A stretch of DNA of 64,000 nt from Balanoglossus misakiensis (lineage: Eukaryota > Animalia > Hemichordata): positions 2,427,060 through 2,491,059 of the forward strand of contig CM082583.2 in assembly GCA_040954595.2 (NCBI GenBank), read 5' to 3'. Every line of letters starts with the position of its first letter. The stretch's first letter is position 1. Shown in pieces: positions 53,006-64,000 of this stretch. Below the pieces are notes generated by a model. It saw only the letters and a list, made by a program, of their open reading frames with translations, was not told where the DNA came from and did not search any database. The position numbers and the translations under genes were made by a program.

Positions 53006-56000
53006 TTAGCGTCTCTTACCAAAAATAAAAGTGGTAGGAAATGTTTCCTGTGACACAGGGTCATTTACTGAATTCGATGGGGGACACGGTGTCGCGTAGA
53101 TTGGCTGATGTGAGGCAACGAGGGCACGAAACTGGTTCCATACTCTGTTGTCGCGGAGACAAACTAGACCACCTCCTCGTATTTTCTGACTTCTCTGCAA
53201 AAGATGAAATTCATATCTGGTTCAGGTGATTAGCACATTCACAAGTTAAAAGGATATTACCTGTAACTGTGGGATTTATTTCCAATATTGTTGCTTTGTG
53301 TATCACACGCAATTTCTATCTCTACTACGAACAACATGATATTTTACGGTCATATCCTACAAACGGGGTGGAAATTGTGTGTGGTCGAACGTTGATTCAC
53401 TATATATCCAAATGTAGAATATAACTTGTATCAAACATGATTATGGAAAAAAGGGCATCGAGAGAGAGACTTTGTCCCTTCAAGTCTGGGGTCACATTAC
53501 CAACTGATCTGAAACGTTCATTCCACGTATGCACAATGAGATATGAAGCATCTATGTAAACATTTAAATGTGCTTACAACAAGGGATAAGAATTTTCCGA
53601 AACAAATTTTGGTTGGAAATATGTCATTACGTCAAAACCTTAATTATTAAACCTCATGCATCTGGAGCCGAATGCTGTTTTACAAGAACCAGTTTTCTGA
53701 CAGACGACAATTATTTAGCTAAGGTGGTGGATCGATTTATGAGTAACTAAATAAGGAGTATCGTTCTCACCATTCTGTTAAGATCTCCGATACATGTCCA
53801 TGGATTGTTTCCATCAGCAGATACAGCCCACTTGGAATGGTCCTTTGTTGCGGGAAATTGTACCACCATACCATCAACTACGGGGAATTGTATTTCTTTA
53901 ATGTTTGTCACGCTGTATGGGACGCCTTGAGCCGTACCCCTGCAAGACGGTAATTTATTTTGGCCATTTCTATATGTCTGCACGTAATAGCTCCTCACCG
54001 GTCCTCGTTCTCCGAGGTAGCAATATATATCTACATTGGAAAAAGAAGAAAAGTCAGCAGCTCTATCAAAACATGGCGTATAGTTGACTGAAAAAGTGAC
54101 ATATTAAATGCGTGTTGTTTTTCTCTATTTTGCACAAACAGGTCAAGATCTACCAATATTTCACTCATGATATATCACTGGTACCTTTCTGTGATGTCAA
54201 GAAAACAGTAAATACTTGCATAAAGTCCTCGGTACACAAAATAGTGACAATTCATAAATTCAAAAGACCTTTCCCGGTGTTATGACTTTTACGGTGTTAT
54301 GACTTCTTCTACAATGCATTACAAAAACAAACAGTCTGACGAAATCCGAAACATCCAGTTTGATGCTATTCACACAGGTGCATATCTTACCCACATCATG
54401 ATCGTTACCATGGTTCTTAGCGATAGAAATGAATTTATCATCAAAAATCTTCCGAAGAAAAACATGCAAAACTGCGTGAACCCAGTTGGCCTGTAAAGTT
54501 TGCATAGGTACGTTGTTCTTTTCGGCGTATACAAAAGGCTTGTAACGTGTGATTTGGGAAACTGAAATAATGAAAATATTAAATTTAATTACGATCCAGA
54601 CAACATGATGCATGTGTAAATGTAGGAGTGGGTGGGTGGTTGGGTGGGTGGGTGGGTGTGTTGGTGAGTGAGTGACTGAGTGAGTGAGAGCACACGCAAG
54701 CAAAGAAACACATACTCCTCAACAACCCCATCAAGTGTTCTTAATATTTGGTTTCGTGAAATTGTTCTCCCTGCTGCCATGTATGCATTGGTGCCTTCCA
54801 TACCCGTGGGTCGAGACGTTTTTTAAAATCAATTAAAACGCATCTCTGATATACACACTCAAAAATTCTATGAGCATGTCGTTAAGCTCATTACCATTGA
54901 TTTCAGAATTGTTCATTATCTAGTTCAGATGTTAAGACATGATAGATAAATTCCTGTCTCTGTGGTTTTGTTTCCTTACGCTACCATGTAAGAGGCACCA
55001 TTACTACGACGTTTGCTCATAATGTCACAGCTTCAATCAGTTTCCATTTCGACCATTTCCAGTGAAGTCCGAGCGTACAACTTTCTCGCAGACATCAAAA
55101 TATCTCGCCAGAACAGTCACAAGAGATCGAACGAACGCTCTTTAACCATTTATGAGCATATTTAAAGTGCCGTCGTCGGTAACTTTGCCGAGAAGGATGC
55201 TGACGCAAATTATTCAAGAATCGAAACAAATAGCAACTATAGGTAGAGTGATGAAACCAGCTAATAGAAATTTAGCACTGACTATTCAAAGACAACCTTC
55301 AATCAGAAAGAGAGTCTTTCAGACTTGTGAAATATAATATGGGATAGTTAAAGTTGAAATGTGTATTTTTCAGCATTGAATCATACATATAAATAGCATA
55401 ATCTAAAAATAATGACTGCATGTATTATAAAACTTACTTATCCCCTGTACAGCCGCATGTTCATAACTCATGCAGATAAAAATCTGCCCATTCAGAAGCT
55501 TATCTGAGTAAACTCCATGGCGGTCCATATCCTGTGCCCACGCGTAGCTGATGCCTTGCCCAGGTGCAACGGGAAAGTGTGGAACAGAATGGACCATCCA
55601 AAATCCGCCGTTGGGTTCAAATAACAGAGTGCCTGTAATGGTGATATATTTAGCATTGCCATGCATACACTTCAAGTATGTGAAATGCCTCTTCATACAT
55701 ACAGATATTTAGAGAATATTGCATTCAGCAAACTACACTATAGTTTAACCAATGAGGGTGTGTTGATTTTATTGTCTACCAGTGATAGACAATTGTTGCA
55801 TATCACTGACAGAAGAAATCTAAAGGCCGTCCCATTGTAATGAGTCACATATCATGGCTATGCATGAAAACAATGCTGTTGTCACCTTTTGCATGTCCAT
55901 AATTGCTGGGGTGCCTTCTGTCCGGTGTCTGATCATTGTATAGTGCGTAAGTCACGTCCTGAAACAAAGGTAAGCCTAAAGACAAATTCTATGTTTTGTG

Positions 56001-57058
56001 TCCCAGCGCTCGTACGCTTTTGTGAGGTTTATGAAAAATGTATAATCATCAATACCCGCCTAGAATTTTCTGACGACTAAACTCATTGTTACGAATAGTT
56101 TTTTCGACATTTATCAAAACACATGCACGGTGGCAGTGTGTCGTAAAGTACCAAGGTTGACAGGGTTTATTGAATTAATGAATGAATGTTTATTTTACAA
56201 TGATCTGAAATATAATCAAACTAACAGCATTTGTTCTGGTTTCTGTGCGTTTTCGATCGCTTATCCCCCCCCCCCCCCACGTCCGCCATTAAGAATTGTG
56301 AGAGGACTCAAAATAATTTACTTCAATTGGTCTTATAAATAAGATGTGTATGTAGTTATAAAGTTTTTATATATTGGTCAAATTGAATGTCGGACGACGA
56401 TGATTTACATTACTTAATATCCCAGGCTCCGTTTTACGATTTCTTTCTGTTGTATGGCACCTTTCCATAATATAGCTTCGGGAAATGCCGCCTGGAATTA
56501 ACTTTAAACCAATACAATTTAAGCGGTTAAAACCTAAGGGGTTTGTAAACATTTTGTGTGAGAAAATTTTGTGAGATTTCATAATGCAACGAATTATACA
56601 ACTTACATTACGGTGATAATTACCGTACAACTGAATCAGAGTGTGGTATATCGCATGTTGCTGCCCATTGATTGGTGAATTACCGAACGTCCATGCTTTA
56701 TTCCAGGCATCCATGTAAAAGAAGCCTCTTCCTTCCCTCACATACTGATTGGCATGTGGAGGTCGTGACATTATCGGTATTTTGTATATGATGAACCTGT
56801 GACAACATATCAGATATAGAAGTAACAATTAGACAGCTAAATGACACAGATGCGGCGTTTAAGACTGACCCATGCACACACTCTAACCGTTCATGGAGTT
56901 GCGCGTGTGAACTTCAACTTTTCGTAGCCTAAAATTACTCACCAGTCAACGTTCCCGTTGTCGTTGTTTTTGCAAGAGAAAGCATGTACAACAAGAATTC
57001 TAAAGACTACACTGACGAGCAACACCGCAAAGAACACTGTCAACTTCATTACCGCCAT
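53006..57058 (-). CDS. DNASE2: Deoxyribonuclease II (DNase II / plancitoxin-like), seven exons, 397 aa, intact
   Basis: Exons 57058-56943, 56796-56607, 55958-55886, 55632-55438, 54561-54391, 54030-53771, 53194-53006 with consistent phases. Signal peptide, SCKNNDGNVDWFIIYKIP, YNDQ..GHAKG, GFWMVHSVPHFP, DHSKWAVS and WTCIGDLNRMRSQKIRGGG. Confidence 0.95.
54626..54690. repeat. (GGGT)/(GAGT) tetranucleotide microsatellite
   Basis: Directly visible in a DNase II intron. Confidence 0.85.
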
Positions 57059-59392
57059 GTATATGTAGTTGATCTACCGATTGCCCGTTGACGAACCTAT
57101 GGCCCGTCGTCTTGAATGTGCGCATTTACACTTACAGCCATCGCCTACACAGATACGACTTTAAACTGCAGGATTTAGGTTGTGTTCATAAACAACTGTT
57201 GCGGGGGGGGGGGTGAAAGAAATTTAGTTAATAGTATACATATTCTGTCCAATATAACGGAATCAAACAGAAAAATGCAAGTTTCTTAAACCTGTTTTAC
57301 ACAGAAAGTATAGTGTTTTATATTGTATATACTTGTTCATGCAATTTTATGTCCATATCGCAGTAAGCCACATATACAGTCAACGTAAATAGATCGCCGC
57401 GTAGGGGAATTCTTAAAAAGGCATCTACAATATTCCGCCCTCCCATGCATTCTATTATTCACGCATTTGCATGAGGAATCAATTAAACGCGTATACGCTG
57501 ATGGCTCCTTCAGGTGGTACACGTGTTTTCTCATGACACAACAGATCGGGGAGCTTTAAATTATGTGTCTTTAGAAATCCTAAACGTCCATTCGCCCCCT
57601 CCCGAAGTGTTTTTGTGAGCACAACCTTAGGCTTACAGTGTTCCCTGACAACATGAATAAATAACCGTCCATTTGAATGGATATTAATCGGGGTCGAGCG
57701 TTGGGGGCGTTCTTTCACTGGATTTCGACCGAAACCAGTCGAGTTCAGAATTGCGGTGATAAAACTTCAAGTTGTCCCCAACCAGCCGGCTCAACATAAC
57801 CCAATTACCAACATGAGTCAAGATGCGATAGCTTACTAAGGCCATAAGGTGACGTGAAACTCGTGTGAAGATCATAGTACGATACGTATTCAGAGGTTCA
57901 TCATATTTGTCGATGTAACATGGGTAATCCTGACATCGTAGTTCATGAAATATCTCAACTACTGGCATAAAGAAATATCGTAAAAGAAAGACACATGCTC
58001 ATAACGAAATATGTACATTTTCCACAAACATAATAGATCTGGTGGGGAAGGATTCAAACATTTGTGCAGGAAACATTGTTTTGGAATCGGACGGAATGTG
58101 ACACACGGGGCACCATAGAAATAAACGGCATCGACATCATGTTTATAGCAATAAATTTGTGTTTATTAAAATGTAATGTTGCGAATATAATATGAATGTT
58201 AATCAACTAATGAGAACACATCAAATCTCATCAAATCAAACCCTCATCTGAAGTAACTCCACGACAAAGTGACACAGGACTACATCCAAGTTAGAACAAT
58301 TTCGTGGAATTGGCTCAGAGCGATCTGTGCACTCAGCTCTTTAACCAAACTTGCTTATGATATGGCTCTTGTGATTTCACCATAATCATTTGTGAAATGT
58401 ACAGAAATGAATTTTTTAACCTTGACACTATTGTTTAACATTTATCTGTGCGTAAAACGCGACATGATATGTATAGCAGACAGAGCACGTTTTATTTTCA
58501 GATAAATAAAAAACGACAGGAAAATAGAAATTTGAAAAAATAATCACGTGGCTTAACATTAAGCGAACGGGTAATCAATTGCAAAGACACAAGAAGAGTG
58601 TGACTGCAGATCTTGGCGAGGACTGCATATTTTGTTCGTGTTGACGGACTTACATGTATGTCTGTGTTACATAAACAAGATCACTGCTTTTTTAAGGGTT
58701 GAATGACGTCATATGTTCTGTATAACTTGTTAAACAGCAAACTGAGAACAATGAGAAAATGTTAATTAATTTTCAGTTGTTTAATTGTTTACAAATTCGT
58801 TGAGACAATATTAACATCCAGGGAAGACGTTTACATTGAATATATGTCAAAACAAAACAAAGTATTGAATAGGCATTCAAATGTCGGAACCGTGCTGTGT
58901 TTCAGCAAAAAACTCACATTTTGACTGAAATTAAGTCAATTACTATTGTATGTAAATGCTGATGAAGAACTAGTCACTCGAACGGGCTTTAACATTCAAA
59001 CATTCACTGTATTTGGGCGACGATTTGGGTCAAGACACACACCTCCTGCAATGCTTTGTGGATACCGTGTAAAAATAACCCAAGTCAAGGACAACAGTGA
59101 AAGAACCCATTAATGCTATTGAAGTGGTCAGTGGGTTGGAACACCATACAATAAAAGTAGTCGATTCAAGTGCTTAAAATGAATGGACAGCATATACATG
59201 TAGGTGCATGCCTAATTACAATGAAAACAGATTGAGCCGCACAAAAGGAATGTACTGAGCATCGATTTTTTCGATCGACACACAACGCAGTGAAAACACA
59301 TCTTGTACGCTTTTCGCATTCAAGGCGAAAATGAAAAGGTACCTGTGGTCTACATGTAGATCGCAATGTTAGGGGATGATAATGTATCGCTC

Positions 59393-59453
59393 AAAACAAA
59401 ACAAAACAAAACAACACAAAACAACACAAAACAAAACAAAACAAAACAAAACA
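59393..59453. repeat. (CAAAA)n microsatellite
   Basis: About 12 pentamer units. Confidence 0.9.
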
Positions 59454-59969
59454 GCAACCTGGTTTCTTCGGCCTGGCAACAACACATGTCTTTGTTAAAA
59501 TTGTAACAGTTTATGCAACTGTTATTTTTTCAACTGAGACTGACAATTTATCATACAATCACACTTTCTTATCAAATGGACTGATGAAAAACGCACTGAT
59601 TAGTACATTCCTCCCGTGCATGTCAATCTTTTTTCATGTAATGTCTACTACTGAGTACTTCATGTTGACAGAATGGCGTTTCTTGGAAGACCGCGCAACA
59701 TTATATATAATCCGTTCATTTTGTCGTTATTTCTGGTACTAACAATTTTAGAAATATTAAGGTAATATACGTATGTATAATAGTTATTCACACTCATGCC
59801 GCATATGCAGGTAATAGACAATAACTATAAAATTGTTGAAACATGGCCATTTCCGAACTTTGCGAACTTTTATCGTTTTTGTACCTTGTAATTGTACGTG
59901 CTAATTATCACATATTGTTAACCTTGAAATATATTTGATTTGGAGTTGGTACACGATCATAAATTTTGC

Positions 59970-62900
59970 TTAGGCCGAATACGAAAACACATTGCTGAGG
60001 GAGTTTTTGAGACCGGCTTCATTCACGGCTGTTAGTATAGCGTGGTACTCGACTGATGGATCGATCCCGGTCAGCTGGTAGGCGGTCTGACGTGTCTCAA
60101 GCCATTTGAGTACAGTCCGACCACCGTGAAGCGTGGTTACGGTTATTTCATAAATCAGTGCGGCTGTACTGTAGAATGTATTAGGCCAGCTGAGAAGGAC
60201 AGTGTTTTCATTTGGCCAGCTGTGTTGGATGGTATTGCCTGTGAATAAATGACATAATGTTTGTACTGCATGACATATATTAGAATCCTTCTTCCTGACC
60301 CAATTTGTTTCATTTCAATCTCCACTGCATAATACTCACATCACATCTGTATGATAGAGAAAATATTTACCCATCAATTGTTCATAGTGAAGACTTGCGC
60401 CTAATTGCACAGTCACTTGATGTCAGACTTGTTGTACTATTAAGGAGGTCAACATTTATGACATCATCAACATTACGAAATCATTAACTTCTGCGAGATT
60501 ATGCAACTTAGAACTCCAATGCCATAATTCAATTTTGCGGACTGTCATTATGGCTTGGTGTCAGACTTGAATTACCTCTGCTCATCGGGTCGTCTAGGCG
60601 TTGTGTTACTGATTTGATTGCAACGGCAACATTTTCACGCCGTTTGGTTTACAATAGGTTCAACTTCCCTGGCAATCGTGTGAACAAGACATTGTTACCC
60701 CCTCCCCCGTGTCGTATACACACCTGTCAATGCCGGTGGCGATGCGTCTACAGTCACATTAGTCATCACAATTTCGCTTTTCAAACCGCCATGGTTGACG
60801 GCTCGCAGGAGTACTTGGTAGGTCAAAGGTTGAGTCGTATTCAGCCCGAGACCAGTCAGCAACGCCGTATTCTCTCCATTAAGACCGACAGACGTCCACT
60901 CACTGTCATTTCTACCACCAACAACTTTGCACTATAGTAAAAAAAATAGAAAAAAGAAAGAAAGGTCATTTTGTTTAAAGCATTGCGACAAAGCTATATA
61001 CGGATAGTACATTAAGATTTTCGAACATGACAGTAACTGTGTTGCCTTGAACAACATATTGACCACTCTGACTAATAGCAATTACTTTGAAGAAACTTTT
61101 CTGGCAGTCTCAGTTTGGTAATTTCCAACCGCCCCGTGGCAGGCACTGTGATGTTGCTTACCTCGTGATATTCCACTCCAGAGACATCTTCAAATCCGTC
61201 CCAGACAACAGCAATGCTGTCTGTGTTGGCCTGGCGATTGTGTCGGGTTTCGTATATCGTCGGGGAGCTGGTGACCACACGCAGCGTTGCTTCATCTGTG
61301 GCTGGGGCGTTCTTCACCATCAAGACTCCGTTGGAGGTCAGCTGAGTCCACAGTCCCACTTTATTCTTGCATCGGACCGTACTGTACACTGTCTGTCCAT
61401 GCGAAAGTTTGCTTGTGAAATTACTTTGCGTAAAGTTCAGAGAGTCCGTCCTCGTAAACGGCATCAGCGATTCAGAACCTGGGCTCAACCCTGAAATAAG
61501 TCCAACATAAAGCCAGTTAAATTGAAATAATTAATTACTTGACCTGCATTTTGGATGATCTGACATAATCATTATTGAAACAAAGAGAATTTTAAAACAC
61601 ATACCGGCGGCCCATTCGCAGTATTCAACTACACTTTCTTCTTCAAAAACATTCCACTGGACTGAAATAACATTGGAGGTTTGGTACATTGCATCCGATT
61701 CCTCCTCTGTACCATCCTTTGCAATGAAACATATGTACATGTATTAGACACCAAAACGAATGCTTCCACTAACATAAATTATTCATTGTATTACGTATTT
61801 TTACAGAAAAAAACAAACGTTTAACTATCGGAATTACGGCAAGGAAAAGTATTATTTCTCAGCTGAAAACGGGACATGCGCACCTTTATCATATTTATCT
61901 AAAAGCAAATAAATTAAAGGTATACGGTCACCTATGAAATTTTTGCTACAGTTACCATGGCAAATTGAGATCTAGCCAATCACAGATTTTCAGTGGGTGC
62001 CACACGCGAAAAAAGAGCGCCACCATATGTTCTTAAGAACACTCAGATACACCATTTCAGCCATATATGGACGTATGTAAATTAGAGGCGACCGTGTACC
62101 TTTAACTTGATAAAGATTTAAATTAAAAACAACGGCTTACCACCACACAAACAATGTCAACGACATCTAATGCGAGAACCAGGGATTGATAATTGCCCCT
62201 TTAATTAACATTTAATATCCAAAAAGAGGAAAGTTAAAGGGGAAATCCGTCGTAGCTGATTTCTACATAATTTGGTAGCTTTGATGTCACTCTTTCAGAA
62301 AAAAACATATTCGCCATGTATAGGTCGCGCGATTTTTTACAAAATCTAGGGAAAGTTGGCAATATGGCGTTTACTGTAATTTGAATCATGGGAAAAAAAG
62401 CGCCAGGACCAACTTCCGCCCACCATGGTGTGGGTGATACCATTCTCCGATAGGTGTCACTGGGCGACAGACTAGGCGTATTTTCATAGCTATTGTTTGT
62501 TCTTTGCATCAGTTTATAAACAATCATCAGCAAAGTCGAAAATTTGTCATCTATTGACAGTTTTCATGAGCTATAACCCATGGAAAATATGCAAATACGC
62601 TTAGCTTGTGACGCAGTGACACCAATCGGAAAATGGTATCACCCACACTAAGGTGGGCGGAAGTTGGTCCTGGCGCTTTTTTTCCCATGATTCAAATTAC
62701 AGTAAACGCCATATTGGAAATTCTGCCAACTTTCCCTAGATTTTGTAAAAAATCGCGCGACCTATACATGGCGAATATGTTTTTTTCTGAAAGAGTGACA
62801 TCAAAGCTACCAAATTATGTAGAAATCAGCTACGACGGATTTCCCCTTTAAACCTGAGTAAACGGTCTTCTAAATGAATTATTTTTCATTTACTAATTTA

Positions 62901-63195
62901 TTTTCAAGTAAATTGTTATAGACAGGGAAAATCAAGTGTGATATTCTTTAATCAAGGTAATCCAGTGAAGATTGTGCCATCAAATTCAAAACAAACCATA
63001 CCCGTACGCAACACATCACTGGTGGAGTTAAATCTATCAACAACGGGTCTGAATAAATCACAGTCTGGAGATCGGCAGCGTTTCTGGCGACTACGCTGAT
63101 ACAAACTGGTAGTCCGTGGGTCAGCAACAGACCGTCTGTAATGGCATGGTTGAACCTTCCTAAGGATTTGAAGGGCTGAATTTGTGTTCCGCCTG
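59970..63195 (-). CDS. 3' exons of a large extracellular FN3-like repeat protein (gene continues beyond the window)
   Basis: Exons about 63195-63002, 61716-61604, 61491-61162, 60931-60724, 60238-59970 (stop TAA). Repeated motifs SVVARNAADL..IDLTPP, WDGFEDVSGVEYHE, VLLRAVNHGGLKS..VDASPP and AILTAVNEAGL. Confidence 0.8.
61914..62105. mobile_element. MITE family C copy
   Basis: ttaaaggtatacggtcacct...gaccgtgtacctttaa. Confidence 0.8.
62234..62851. mobile_element. MITE family D with ~220 bp TIRs and TTAA TSD
   Basis: TTAA|AGGGGAAATCCGTCGTAGCTG...CAGCTACGACGGATTTCCCCT|TTAA; the arms give mirror-image ORFs in the track. Confidence 0.9.
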
Positions 63196-63242
63196 TAGGC
63201 CAAACCGTGACAAGGAGTAAGTACAATGTAAGTATACTGCTA

Positions 63243-64000
63243 TATCATACATGCAACGCCTGTATTTGGCAATATCTATTGTTCTCGCACTGTAGACATT
63301 TTACGGTATTTCACTGGTGAAATACCGCGTCCGCATCTCGAACTATTTTTGAGAACACGCTGAAATCATCACACAGTGGATTTGTTATGCTGACGTGTGA
63401 GGCGACAGCATAAAAAACCACGTCGCCGTTCCCTACATCAGATTTTAATCAGACTGCGATCGGCGCGACAGTTCGCTGCGCGTGCGAGCGACGTACGGGG
63501 CATAAGACTCTAGTGGAGAGGGGTGTTGTTAAATTCGGTTATTAGAAGCTGTAATAAAGTTTTCAAAGCTGGCGGTTTTGTCATGTTGAATGTATCATTT
63601 TTACTTCTTCGGAATTCTCAATGCAAAATAATTGTTGACATGATATTATGAAAGAGGTCGTAGACAATTTTTTTAGAATGCGGATGTGCCCATCGTAATG
63701 AAAACTGCCAACCCCCTTAGAATTATACTACGGCCTACACGTTGATCACCTGATCGCATCGCCCTGTCTCACCTGGCTATGGGCTACTGCCGTGATCCCA
63801 GGGCGCCCGGTTCAAATTTCTGGCCGTGAATTTGTTTTTCTCGGCACATTTTCGCAAGTCGTACTGTTTTATACGTAGGCATGTATGATAAAGGGGTTAT
63901 TACACGAATTTTGGTCGATAACGCGACGCATTCTCGTGATGTCTGTATTTTGACTCGTTGCTTTCCAATTCGTCAAAATACGGACATGACTCGAATACGA
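63243..64000. mobile_element. Family F copy (runs off the window)
   Basis: Colinear with 51894-52540, with extra internal segments. Confidence 0.8.

Noticed and set aside
62234-62851. Two similar ORFs on opposite strands as duplicated genes
   Set aside because: They are the two arms of a MITE inverted repeat.

Overview
AT-rich, intron-containing animal genomic DNA, most like a marine invertebrate such as a hemichordate (inference). It is not prokaryotic and has no CRISPR array. From left to right: (1) a multi-exon INTS1 copy with at least three frame-breaking indels and several missing exons; (2) an unknown secreted-protein gene (minus strand) interrupted by a MITE; (3) a damaged p40phox/NCF4-like PX-SH3-PB1 gene (minus strand); (4) a ~17 kb repeat block bracketed by two convergent, near-identical CTCF-like motifs; (5) intact TMEM220; (6) an orphan SLC16-like exon; (7) a second, diverged copy of the INTS1 3' end and its neighbour gene; (8) a Crypton-like tyrosine-recombinase remnant; (9) an intact 7-exon DNase II ending in GKRR; (10) the 3' exons of a large FN3-like repeat protein. 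The repeat block holds a 4.8 kb foldback-type element with inverted arrays of palindrome-bearing 59-60 bp units, flanked by a ~740 bp direct repeat. It also holds a satellite whose unit is a complete exon plus intron cassette. Many TTAA- and TWA-flanked MITEs and two LINE remnants are scattered throughout. All family calls come from manual translation and recalled homologs; no searches were run.
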